A program made the position numbers and the translations under genes. DNA of 64,000 nucleotides from Octopus vulgaris (Eukaryota). The stretch spans positions 26,722,001 to 26,786,000 of the forward strand of contig OX597824.1 of the NCBI GenBank assembly GCA_951406725.2, given 5' to 3'. This document shows, one piece after another, positions 13,702 to 25,237 of the stretch (position 1 is its first letter; the number at the start of each line of letters is the position of its first letter). Under the pieces are notes generated by a model, which worked only from the letters and a program-made list of their open reading frames with translations, had not been told where the DNA came from and made no database searches.

Positions 13702-14066
13702 CTTTCGTCCGGCTTTACGTTCTGAGTTCAATTTCCGCCGAGGTCACCTTTGCCTTTTATCCTTTCGGGGGTCGATAAATCAAATAACAGTGAAAAACTG
13801 GGGGTCGATGTAATCGTCTCATCTCCACCTACCCCTAACTGCCCTTGTGGCGAGCTGGCAGAAACGTTAGCACTCCGGGCGAAATGCGTAGCCGTATTTT
13901 GTCTGCCGCTACGTTCTGAGTTCAAATTCCGCCGAGGTCGACTTTGCCTTTCATCCTTTCAGGATCGATAAATTAAGAACCAGTTACGCACTGGGGTCGA
14001 TATAATCGACTTTGTCTATCCTTGTTTGTCCCCTCTGTGTTTAGCCCCTTGTGGGTAGTAAAGAAA

Positions 14067-14128
<62 letters not shown>

Positions 14129-14780
14129 TAGCATGCAGGACAAAATGCTTAGCGACATTTCGCCGTCTTTACGTTCTGTGTTCAAGTTCCTCTCAGGTTG
14201 ACTTTGCCTTTCATCCGTTCGGGTTCGATAAAATAATTACAAGTTGAACATTGGAGCCCAGGTAATCGGTTTATCCCTTCTCTGAAGCTGATGTCTTTAT
14301 GCCACAATTTGAAACCATTATTATTAATACTTTGAAGGCGGTGAGCTGGTAGAATGTTTTGCACGCCAGGCGAAACGCTTATCGGTATTTCGTCTGCCGT
14401 TACGTTCTGAGTTCAAATTCCGCCGAGGTCGACTTTGCCTTTCATCCTTTCGGAGTCGATAAAATTAAGTACCAGTTACGCACTGGGGTCGATATAATCG
14501 ACTTAATCCGTTTGTCTATCCTTGTTTGTCCCCTCTGTGTTTAGCCCCTTGTGGGTAGTAAAGAAATAGGTATTTCGTCTGCCGTTGCGTTCTGAGTTCA
14601 AATTCCGCCGTGGTCCACTTTGCTTTTCATCCTTTCGGGGTCAATAAATTAAGTACCAGTTACGTACTGGGTTCGATATAATCGACTTAATCCGTTTGTC
14701 AGTCCTTGTTTGTCCCCTCTGTGTTTTAACCCCTTGTGGGTAGTAAAGAAATAGGTATTTTGTCTGCCTTTACGTTCTGA
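13702..14780 (+). mobile_element. Cluster of SINE A copies including a trimer at 14336-14780
   Basis: Repeated ttacgttctgagttcaaattccgccgaggtcgactttgcctttcatcc, with aagaaatag-gtatttcgtctg-type junctions at about 14570 and 14755. Confidence 0.9.
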
Positions 14781-14799
14781 AAAAATATTAAAATATATA

Positions 14800-14975
14800 A
14801 AATTTGTAGAAAGTAAGGGTTTCAAACGAACAAACAACAACAGAGGCGACGCAAAAGGCCTATAATCACGTGTGATACATGTCTTCATCTTAGTTGCTTT
14901 CTCATATACAAGCAAAGCTATTGCTAGAAAGAATCACTGAAATGAGTCATTGTTGATACAATGTGAGTCCCTTGT
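14800..14975 (-). mobile_element. Highly degraded LINE RT N-terminal fragment (CR1/L2-like)
   Basis: Reads SHCINNDSF*...IALLVYEK...RDYRPFASPLLLFVRLKPLL, resembling the FNxCxxxGxFP..WK.A.V.P.xK...DYRPI motif. Confidence 0.35.
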
Positions 14976-15261
14976 AGGACTTTTGAGCCCGGCGAATGAT
15001 TTGCAATTTCTATTACATAATGCACAGCTGCCCTGGCTGGCAGAAGAAACAGGTGCCACAGTATGGACTCATTTGACGTGCTTTTTCAATCTTCCAACTG
15101 AGAGGCACACTTTTCCACGTATGGCCCATGTTCTGTTGTGAACAATAGCAATATCACAATTTATCATGCGTCGATTCCTGTGAGTTCTCTGACCGCTGAC
15201 CCAGCACGCACGACTCAAGCACCTCCTACCACAAACCACACAGATGTGTGCATGTATATTT

Positions 15262-15668
15262 TATTTGTTTCAGTCATTTGACTGTTGCTATGCTGGAGCA
15301 CCGCCTTTAGTCAAACAAATCGACCACAGGACTTATTCTTTGTAAGCCTAGTACTTATTCTATCGGAATCTCTTGCCGAACCGCTAAGTGACGGGGACGC
15401 AAACACACCAGCATTCCACTGAGGTCGACTTTGCCTTTCATCATTTCAGGGTCGGTGTTAGGAGGACAAGTACAGACACACAAACATGCATACGCACACA
15501 TATATACGACGGGTTGCTTTCAGTTTCCGTCTACCAAATCCACTTACAAGGCTTGGTCGACCGAGGCTATAGTAGAAGGCACTTGCCCAAGGTGCCACGC
15601 AATGGAACTGAACCCGGAACCATGTGTTTGGTAAGCAAGTTACTTACCACACAGCCACTCCTGTGCCT
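15262..15668 (-). mobile_element. SINE family B containing a short SINE A fragment (about 15413-15452)
   Basis: Family B head-to-tail match, interrupted by ttccactgaggtcgactttgcctttcatcatttcagggtcg. Confidence 0.85.
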
Positions 15669-16155
15669 ATATATATATATGTAATACATATTTTGTGCAC
15701 ATGTATATATGTGTGTATGTCTTTGCGTCTGTGTTTGTCCCAACTTCACCGCTCGGCATTAGGGGGTGGCGTGCTTACGTCCTCGTAACTTAGCGGTTCA
15801 GCAAAACAAACTGATAAAATAAGGACCAGACTTTAAAAAAAAATAAGTTCTGGGGTCGATACATTTTTAATGACTGGAACAAGCAAAAGATAAAAGATAG
15901 ATAACCTGCACCTGATATGTGTCTTATATTTAATGACTATATTACCTTTAAGAAACACTTTTTTAATTGTCTTCAAAAAAGTTCTTCTAGATAGATGAAA
16001 AGTATGTTAAACTCCAATCCGCTTGTCAGCCAATTGTAGTGAGTGGATGGCAGCAAAGCCATAGCAGTGCTGTACCACTCTGGTGACCCATCGTAATTAC
16101 ATAAGGCACTAAAGCCAGATATACGAGTTTTACATCCTGTATATAAGCAACTATA

Positions 16156-16539
16156 AAGGAGCACTCCGTCGGTTGCGACGATGAGGGTCCCAGCTGATAC
16201 GATCAACGGAACAGCTTGCTCGTGAAATTAACGTGTAAGTGGCTGAGCACTCCACAGACACGTGTACCCTTAACGTAGTTCTCGAGGAGATTCAGCGTGA
16301 CACAGAGTGTGACAAGGCTGGCCCTTTGAAATACAGGTACAAGAGAAACAGGAAGAAAGAGCGAGAGAAAGTTGTGGTGAAAGAGTACAGCAGGGTTCAC
16401 CACCACCCCCTGCCGGAGCCTCGTGGAGCTTTAGGTGTTTTCGCTCAATAAACACTCACAATGCCCGGTCTGGGAATCGAAACAGCGATCCTCCGACCGC
16501 GAGTCCGCTGCCCTAACCACGGGGCCATTGCGCCTCCAC
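16156..16539 (-). mobile_element. SINE family C, full length, 13-bp TSD
   Basis: tRNA-like head tgtggaggcgcaatggccccgtggttagggcagcggactcgcggtcggaggatcgctgtttcgattcccag. TSD ataagcaactata at about 16143 and 16540. Second copy at 38377-38756. Confidence 0.9.
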
Positions 16540-16950
16540 ATAAGCAACTATACTGCTGGTCTGAAAGAAGATAGAACTGGCAAACAATACTCCCATGACG
16601 TAGATTATTTGTGATAAATTTATGGTTTCATACTTCATTTCAGTATGCTGCCATTATATTGTAATGATTCTCAACAATCTCTACCCCTCAACTCCATTTG
16701 ACTCCTATTCTACTTGGGTGGACCCTGAGTGCTATTCGATGTTTTAAAGTTCCTATTATATTCTTACAATTAGGTATTATTAGGAATTGTGGTAAAAATT
16801 TTAATATTTGGTATATTGTAGTATAAGCCAATTATTGCGCATAAATTTTCACAAAAAATATCTTACATGGACTCTCCATGGTCATGTAGACCCTCGAGGG
16901 TCATGTTGACTCCCAAGAGTCATGTGGGTCCCGGGTGAGAACCACTGCTG

Positions 16951-17118
16951 TATTGTATTTACCGGCATAGAATCTTACATTTTGCCTATCAAAACCACTT
17001 TAAAATATGTGTATCATAAAACATACTAGATTTATTTTTCCTGAAAATATCCTTTGATAACACGGGTAGCGGATAGTTCTTATGAGGGAGTACGTCTTAT
17101 ACACCCGTAAATCCGGTA
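16951..17118. mobile_element. Degenerate pogo/Tigger-like MITE
   Basis: Imperfect TIRs tattgtatttaccggcatagaa and cttatacacccgtaaatccggta. Confidence 0.4.
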
Positions 17119-18052
17119 TTATTACTTTAATCGGTGCGTAACAATGTTAAAAGCCGTGAACATTTCCATATAAAGCTTAGCCACGTCTCTGAATATTCTG
17201 TATTCTCTATCTTTCCGGAACTGAATTTGCCTTTCATCCTTCCCGGAATCAGGAAATTAATTACCAATCAACTACATGGGTTGAATTAATTTTAATCAAC
17301 TTCTTCCCTAAAATCTGTAGCATCGTTCTGTTTTTTTGCTAAGCGTCATTATCACTAAAATTTATAGGCAACCGACGACGGTGGCGAGCTGGTAGAATAG
17401 TTAACGTGCCGGACAAAATGCTCAGCGGCATTTTCCCCGGGTTTACGTTCTTAATTTAAATTCAACCGAATTTTTCCTTTCAGAATCTTTAGAATAAAGC
17501 ACCTGTTAAGCTGGAAACATATAATTCACTAACAGCCCTCCCACAAAATTCAGACCATGAGTCCATAATAGAAATTGGGGAAAAATTATAGAAAAACATT
17601 TTAGTAATGAGTTAAAGGCCTCGGGGAACTTGGTTAGCTTTCTCTAGGTTGTGAGTTCAAATCCTACCAACGTTGGAAACAATTTCATGCCGTGTTCAAG
17701 TAAGTTTCTTAACATTCTGCAACTTTCTAGAAATGGCTGCCTTTTATTCTTCACCGACTCGAGAAATTATTTAATTATCTACCACCAAGGTTGAGTTAAT
17801 TAACATCTTCCTTAAAATCTGTCATAGACGAAATGCTAAACGTTACTATTAGTAAAATCAATTTAAGGCGGTGAGCCGGCAGAGTCGTTTGTACGCCGGA
17901 CAAAATGCTTAGTGGTATTTCGTCGTCGACTTTGCTATTCACCCTTTCGGGGTCGATGTAATAAGTACCAGTCAATTGAGGTAATTGTCTTCCCACTCCT
18001 TATGCCAAATTTCGAAACTATTGTCAAATAGAAAATCTATTATTTCGAAATC

Positions 18053-18483
18053 TCTCAACGAGAGAATTCAGTATACTTGAGTAAAGATTATTTGCCAACA
18101 TAATGTAGCAGTTCTGGTTAGGACGAGTTTTTCTGCTATTTAGCCCCAAGAAGCATCGTCTACAGCTGGCTATACGACACACTATATATGTCCTTATATT
18201 TTCGAACAAGGGAGTTTAGCGTTCCCACTCAGCACAAAGTAATATTTGCGTACCGCGGTGTCTGGGTTATTTCCTTTCGTCAGCACAGAATAACTGCTCG
18301 GCTACAGATGGCGCTGCTAAACTCTTGTTCGAAATATATAATTTTCAAAGTGACACACAGCCACTGATTACTAAATATCTCAACGAGAGACATTCAGTAA
18401 CAGTACACTAGAGTAGAGATTATTTGCCAACATAATGTGGAAGTCCTGCTTAGGACGAATGTTAATATTTTCTAGCTCCAAGA
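18053..18483 (-). mobile_element. Penelope-like pseudo-LTR remnant: direct repeats, inverted repeat and hammerhead-like motif
   Basis: Diverged direct repeats 18053-18152 and 18378-18483; inverted repeat 18194-18220 with 18316-18341; hammerhead-like motif at 18247-18288. Confidence 0.5.
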
Positions 18484-18652
18484 ATCTATTATCACTAAAA
18501 TCAATAATCAATTAATAAACTGCTGGACAAAAGGAATTTAGGCTGTTTGGTTAAATTTCTCCAAGACGTGAATTCAAATTTCCTCAACGTCTTATTAACT
18601 TTAATCTCCCTGAGAGTTGGGGGAATTCAATAAGTTATGTATTATTTTTCAG

Positions 18653-18766
18653 TTGAAATGATTAGGAAAATCTCCTGGATGTCGACTCGCCGGGAGATCC
18701 AAGCCTTCGCAACAGTGAATATCATTAAAGACTCCTATGAAGACAAGAAAAAGTATCAAACCGATG
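18653..18766 (+). CDS. Candidate coding exon (114 nt, phase 1-1) of an unidentified gene
   Basis: Acceptor attatttttcAG, donor GTatga, open frame xEMIRKISWMSTRREIQAFATVNIIKDSYEDKKKYQTD(G). No homolog recognised. Confidence 0.3.
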
Positions 18767-19285
18767 GTATGATTGGTTGACTCCCCTAAACTCACGTGTA
18801 GGTCAGAATGCGATGATAAACGGGTGGTGCATGGACCATCGAAACGAACAGCATAATTGGCGAACTCAGTTAGAAGCCAATATCGGCAAACTGGTGGGAT
18901 TTTAAGCTAAGCACAGCCGTTGCTGAACTTCACTAAAAGCAACCACTCGCGTTCATCTCGCTACTCTGCTCTAGCTGGTTCGAAAATGATTAGCAAAGTA
19001 ACTACCTTCAGACAAAAATCAATCTACATGTAACAGTAATATACTGAGATCAGTTCATTCAAATATCGTCTTCTTTGCTATTGATTAGATTTTCCACCAT
19101 AGCACATTCATTACCTGACAGTCCATTGAACTTATCAAGTGTTTGTAGCGTTATATTACGCAAAAATAAATTTTAAAAATATTTTACAATTTACCATTCA
19201 AAGTAGAATTTTCAATCAAAGTAGACAGACGTAATTTAAAAGTCAAAATATTGCTGAGCAAACACGGCTTTATTAGATAAAACAC

Positions 19286-19330
<45 letters not shown>

Positions 19331-19347
19331 GCACATACATTATAAAA

Positions 19348-19514
19348 GGAGTGGTTGTGTGGTAAGTAGCTCGCTTACCAACCACATGCTTCCGGGTTCA
19401 TTCCCACAGTGTGGCACCTTGGGAAAGTGTCTTCTACTATATCCTCAGGCCGACCAAAGCCTTGTGAGTGGATTTGGTAGGCGGAAACTGAAAGAAACCC
19501 GTCGTATATATGTA

Positions 19515-19599
<85 letters not shown>

Positions 19600-19797
19600 T
19601 TGTGTGTATGTGTTTGTCACCCCAACATCGCTTGACAACCGATGTTGGTGTCTTTACGTCCCCGTAACCTAGTAGTTCGGCCAAAGAGACCGATAGAATA
19701 AGTACTAGGCTTTCAAAGAATAATTCCTGGGGGCGATTTGCTCGACTAAAGGCGGTGCTCCAGCATGGCGGCAGTCAAATGACTGAAACAAGTAAAA
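19348..19797 (+). mobile_element. SINE family B, near full length (tRNA head, CORE-like segment, internal microsatellite)
   Basis: ggagtggttgtgtggtaagtagc...ggttcattcccac, then gtggcaccttgggaaagtgtctt (resembles the CORE motif gtgaccttgggcaagt), internal (TA)n(TG)n, and tail gcagtcaaatgactgaaacaagtaaaa. Confidence 0.9.
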
Positions 19798-19820
19798 AAA
19801 TATATATATAAACACTGCTT

Positions 19821-20232
19821 AAGGCATCAAGCTGGCAGAAACGTTAGCACGCGGGACGAAATGCTGAGTAGTATTTCGTCTGTCTTAACGGTCTGAGTTC
19901 AAATTCCGCCGAGGTCGACTTTAGCCGTTATTCTTTCAGGATCGATAAATTAAGTACCAGTCGCGTATTGGGGTTGATCTAATCGACTGGCTCCCACCCC
20001 GGAATTTCCGGACCTTGTGCCTAGAGTAGAAAAGAATCGTTAGCTTACTTGATGAAAAGCATAGGGGCATTTCGTCCATCTTTTAGTTCTGAGTTCAAAT
20101 TCCGCCGAGGTAGACTTTGCCTTTTATCCCTTTGTGTATCGATAAAATACGTACTAGGTTGTGCAATGGAGTTAACATAATCGCCTTACCCCCCCTCCAT
20201 CGAAACTGCTGGCCTTGTGCCAAAATTTGAAA
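19821..20232 (+). mobile_element. Two adjacent SINE A (tail 1 type) copies
   Basis: Two B-box plus central domains, each ending ccttgtgcc... Confidence 0.85.
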
Positions 20233-20389
20233 CGCATATGTAAACAATAATAAATGGCTTTATTAACTGTCGTTTGTATTCGTGAATTTATATACATTTT
20301 TATAGCATTAACTCATAGAAAGTAAACACTATTATCATTTGTTGTTTTTCCGAAATAAATGCAATTTTGTGTGATTTTTCTTTCGGCAG

Positions 20390-20421
20390 GTGTTAAAGAT
20401 CCTCATTATAATTTGCGGCAG
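20390..20421 (+). CDS. Candidate 32-nt microexon (phase 1-0)
   Basis: Acceptor gatttttctttcggcAG, donor cag/GTaatc, frame (G)VKDPHYNLRQ. It lies in a repeat-free island and its phase is compatible with 18653-18766. Confidence 0.35.
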
Positions 20422-20894
20422 GTAATCTATTTTAATTAACTTGACAAAAGCCAATGCAATTTCCTTTTGAAAAGTCAGTTTTATTTTCTGTTTTTAAAAT
20501 TATTTTCTTTAGATTTTTCTTGGTTCATTAAGTTTACCAAAAATTCTTTCAAAGAACACGATATTTCATATGCGTTATGTGTGGCAAATGATATTAAATA
20601 AACATTTTCTGTTTTATGAGTTGTGAGCAAAACTATGCATGTGTCTTCTCTTTATTATTTATATTCACAAATGAATTAAAGCGTTTTCCCAAACACGTCC
20701 CTACATTATGCACCCAAAGTATTTAATGCTCTCTTCTATCGACACAAGGCATGAACTTTTGTGGAGAGGGGTCAGTCGATTACATAAACCTCAGTACATA
20801 ACTGGTACTTATGTTAAAGTGGAGTTGATGCTATAGAAATGTGTGTGAATTCACGAAAATATACGACAGTTGATAAAACTATGTATTCTTATAT

Positions 20895-21270
20895 TCTTTT
20901 ACTTGTTTCAGTCATTTGACTACTGCCATGCTGGAGCACTGCTGCCTTCAAGGGTCTTAGTCGAACATATGAATCCTAGGACTTATTTTTTAAAGCTTAG
21001 TACTTATTCTATCGATCTCTGTACCACATCGCTAAGTTACGGGGACATAAATACACTAATACCGGTTGTCAAGCAGTGATGGGGACACACACACACACAC
21101 ATATTCGACAGGCTTCTTTCAGTTTCCGTCCACCAAATTTACTTACAAGGCGTTGGTCGGCCCGAGGCTATAGTAGAAGACACATGCCCAAGGAGCTACA
21201 CAGTGGGACTGAACCCGAAACCATATGGTTGGGAAGCAAGCTTCTTACCACACAGTAACGCCTGAACCTA
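20895..21270 (-). mobile_element. SINE family B
   Basis: Reverse-complement match to 19348-19797. Confidence 0.85.
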
Positions 21271-21287
21271 ATGTTTGCATATTGTTT

Positions 21288-21842
21288 ATGTGGTGAAGTC
21301 GTGTGGCCTAGCGGTTAGGGCATTCAGCTCACGATCGTAATGTCATGAGATCAATACTCGGCGGCGTGTCGTGTCCTTGAGCAAGACATTTTACTTCACG
21401 TTCCTCCAGTGCCCTCACTTGGCAAAAATGAGTTGTACCTGTATTTCAAATGGCCAGCTATCTCGCACTCTGTGTCACGTTAAATATACGTGTGTCTGTG
21501 AAGTGAACGGTAACTTGCATATTTGGGTGGCGAGCTGGTAGAATCGTTAGCACACCGGGCGAAATGCTTAGCGGTATTTCGTCTGTCGTTACGTTCTGAG
21601 TTCAAATTCCACCGAGGTCGACTTTGCCTTTCATCCTTTCGGGGTCGATAAATTAAGGACCAGTTACGCACTGGGGTCGATGTAATCGACTTAATCCGTT
21701 TGTCTGTCCTTGTTTGTCCTCTCTGTGTTTAGCCCCTTGTGGGTAGTAAAGAAATAGGTAACTTGCATATTAATTTCACGAGGAGGCTGTTCTGTTGATC
21801 GGATAAACTGAAACACTAGTCGTCGCAACCGACGGAGTACCA
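21288..21842 (+). mobile_element. SINE C-related element interrupted by a SINE A tail-2 copy (21525-21756) with 15-bp TSD
   Basis: TSD ggtaacttgcatatt flanks the SINE A copy. Outer sequence matches the family C 3' part (ttaatttcacgag..ggctgttc..ttgatcggat...cgtcgcaaccgacggagt). Confidence 0.85.
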
Positions 21843-21872
21843 GTTTATAAACTTCCGTTATATGAATATGTA

Positions 21873-21929
<57 letters not shown>

Positions 21930-22303
21930 TATCTAATAAATTCGTGTTTGTTCAGTAATATTTTCACTTTTAAATTACGACTGTCTACTTTGATTGAAAA
22001 TTCCACTTAGGATGGTAAATTGTAAAATATTTTTGAAATATATTTTTACGTAATATACCACCACAAACACTTGAGAAGTTCAATGGACTTTCAAAATAAT
22101 GAGCGTATTTTGATGGAAAATTTAATCAATGGCACGAAGTACAGTCAAGAGAAGATAATATTTGAATGAACTAACCTTAATACATTACTGCTACGTATAA
22201 ATTATTTCTGTCCAGAGGAAGTTACCCTGCTCATGGCTTTTGTACCTGCTACACCAGAATAGTGAAATGCACGCGATTGATATCAATGCGTCGGTCTTAT
22301 TTA

Positions 22304-22890
22304 AACGCTAGCACGCCGGGCGAAATGCGTAGCGGTATTTCGTCTGCGTTACGTTGTGAGTTCAAGTTCCGCCGAGGTCGACTTTGCCTTTCATCCTTTC
22401 GGGGTCGATAAATTAAGTACCAGTTACGCACTGGGGTCGATGTAATCGACTTAATACCTATGTCTGTCCTTGTTTGTCCGCTCTGTGTTTAGCCCCTTGT
22501 GGGTAATAAAGAAATAGAAATAGGTATTTCGTCTGCCGTTACGTTCCGAGTTCAAATTCCGCCGAGGTCGACTTTTCCTTTTATCCTTTCGGGGTCGATA
22601 AACTAAGTACCAGTTACGCACTGGGGTCGATGTTATCGACTTGATCCGTTTGTCTGTCCGTGTTTGTCCCCTCTGTGTTTAGCCCCTTGTGGGTAGTAAA
22701 GAAATAGGTATTTCGTCTGCCGTTACGTTCTGAGTTCAAATTCTGCCGTGGTCGACTTTGTCTTTCATCCTTTCGGGGTCGATAAACTAAGTACCAATTA
22801 CGCACTGGGGTCGATGTAATCGACTTAATCCGTTTGTCTGTCCTTGTTTGTCCGCTCTGTGTTTAGCCCCTTGTGGGTAGTAAAGAAACA
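22304..22890 (+). mobile_element. SINE A trimer with a single outer 11-bp TSD
   Basis: One partial head and three body + tail 2 units. TSD ggtcttattta at 22293-22303 and 22891-22901. Confidence 0.9.
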
Positions 22891-23938
22891 GGTCTTATTT
22901 ACTGTTAGCACTTGTTTGCTTTTAACAAAGTTCATCAACGACAGTGCCCGGCTTAAGATCCAATTAAGGATTGCTTTTAGCCGAGTTCACCAATGACGCT
23001 GTTCATTTCGTTGCTGTCTCTTGGCCCATGTATCTCACTCCCAGCAATTTGGCTGACTGTTCAAGCTTTGTATAGAATGCCTTCTTTAGTGAAATAGCTT
23101 CTGATAGAAAGGTATCAGACCGTAATAGTAAGAGGAAACATTGAAATAGTTGTGCGTATTTATGCGTGTATGGTAACTCTGAGTAACAGCTAAACGAGTA
23201 AAATCTGTTACATGGTTGGTCCTTCGCGACTAATAAAACTAATAGTAACAAAGGTGATTTTCGTTGGACAGTCTGTAGGATAGAAAACAGAACCTGTCGA
23301 AAGGCAGATGAACTCAGTAGAGTAAACAGCCAGCCAATAGCTGGGAGAGACTTCTAGTCTTTGTTTAGATATCACCTTAGAAGAACGAAGACACTGTTGT
23401 AACGCCTGTGAATTCTTTTGTATCCAATCATATAGACAAGTTGTTTTTGGAGCAAAATACATGCGTTATTTATAGAGTGGGATTAGGCTCCGTGGAAGGT
23501 CATTCCCAACGTTAAAAAGCATGCACCGGCATGGGTGGTAAACTCTCTAAACATATACTGCAACATGCACCCATAGTTATCACATCTATGCAAAGGAGTG
23601 TAGCTTCTTCGCAGGACTGAAAAGCGACATCTGTGCTATTCATGTTTAAGAGAACAATCAGATATTGGCATTGCTCGAAATTGAGTTGCAGCAATGAAAT
23701 ATTAATGACCTGTAAGGACACCGTATTTCATTATATCACTATAATATACCACAAAGTATATTGAAGGTTTCTGTGAGTCTACTGTGTTAGCAGTGCCATA
23801 ATTTTTTTATAGAAAATATATAGAGAAAACTTTAAAGAAGCAATCAAGTATGTATGTATGTATGTGTGTATGTATGTGTGTATGTATGTATGTGTGTATG
23901 TATGTATGTGTGTATGTGTATGTGTGTATGTATGTGTG

Positions 23939-23970
<32 letters not shown>

Positions 23971-25237
23971 TGTATGTATGTATGTATGTATGTATGTATG
24001 TATGTGTGTATGTGTGTATGTATGTATGTGTGTATGTATGTATGTGTGTATGTATGTATGTATATGTGCATGGTTGTATAATGTATGAAAGCATGTATGT
24101 TTGAATGAATGTATGTTTGCATTTATGTATGTTTGAATCTATCAATCTGTCTGTCTGTCAGTTTTCTGTGTGTGTGTGTGTGTGTGTGAAGGCATGTGTA
24201 TATGTGAGTGTATGTCTGTCTGTTTCTAGATCTGTTGTTCATAATTGAGTCAAACGAAGACAATAAAAAAAAAAATAAATAAATGAATAAATAAATAAAA
24301 ACATACATACAAATTGATAAAGAGAGGAAAATTGGAATAGAAACACGAGACCGAAAGCGAAAGGTATTTTTTTAAAAAAATCTCCATCAGTTGAACACAA
24401 AAAATACAAAAAAAAACAACAAAAAAAAAACAAACAGTTGAACGAAAATTACAAGTAACCAAACACATTGTGCATGAGAAAACAAACAAAAGAAAAAAAA
24501 CAAAAAAAAAACAAACAAAAACAAACAAACAAACAAATAACGCAAAACGAAGTGAATAAAAAAAAAGACAATGTGTATAACAAATAAATGTAATAATGAA
24601 ATATAATAAAAAGTATAATAAAAATTAAGTGACGATAAAGAAAATTTAAATAATTGCTTTAGTAATATCATTTTTCTGGGTGCAATCTTTAGAAATTGGG
24701 TAATTTAAAAATTAATTAGATTGCTATGGTTCACGTGATTTTCGCCCCCCTTTTAAGATGTCAAAAGATTTAATTTCAAGTCACAATTAATGTTTGAGCC
24801 TGTGAGCTACCATTACAATCGTATAGAATCCAACGTTGGTTAGAGTCGTGAGTGAGGGTGGGATTCCGGGTAAGAGCCATACCCAGCAAAATTCACAATG
24901 ATAGTAATGATTTCTTCTCCCTTTTCACCTTCTTTTCATTTCGCTAATGAAATATGCCTTACAATGTCAAGCTAACCTGTTGAAAAAAAAAACAAAAACA
25001 AAAACAAAAAAAACGAGAACAACAACAACAACAATAACAGCAACAATAATAATGGTTTCAAAATTCTGAATAGATCTAGCAGATTTGAGAAGAGTGGCTA
25101 AGTCGATTTCTTCGGTTCCGGTCTTCAATTGGTATTTATCTTATCGCCTCCGAAAGGACGAAAGGCAAAGTCGACCCCGGCGGCGTTTGACCTAAAACGA
25201 AATGCCGCTAAGCATTTTGCCCGGCTAACAATTCTAA

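Noticed and set aside
16470-16539. tRNA-like sequence
   Set aside because: It is the head of SINE C, continuous with a SINE body and TSD, not a complete cloverleaf gene.
22304-22890. Regularly spaced repeats that could suggest a CRISPR array
   Set aside because: Units are ~185-bp SINE bodies with no unique spacers, there are no cas genes, and the context is eukaryotic.
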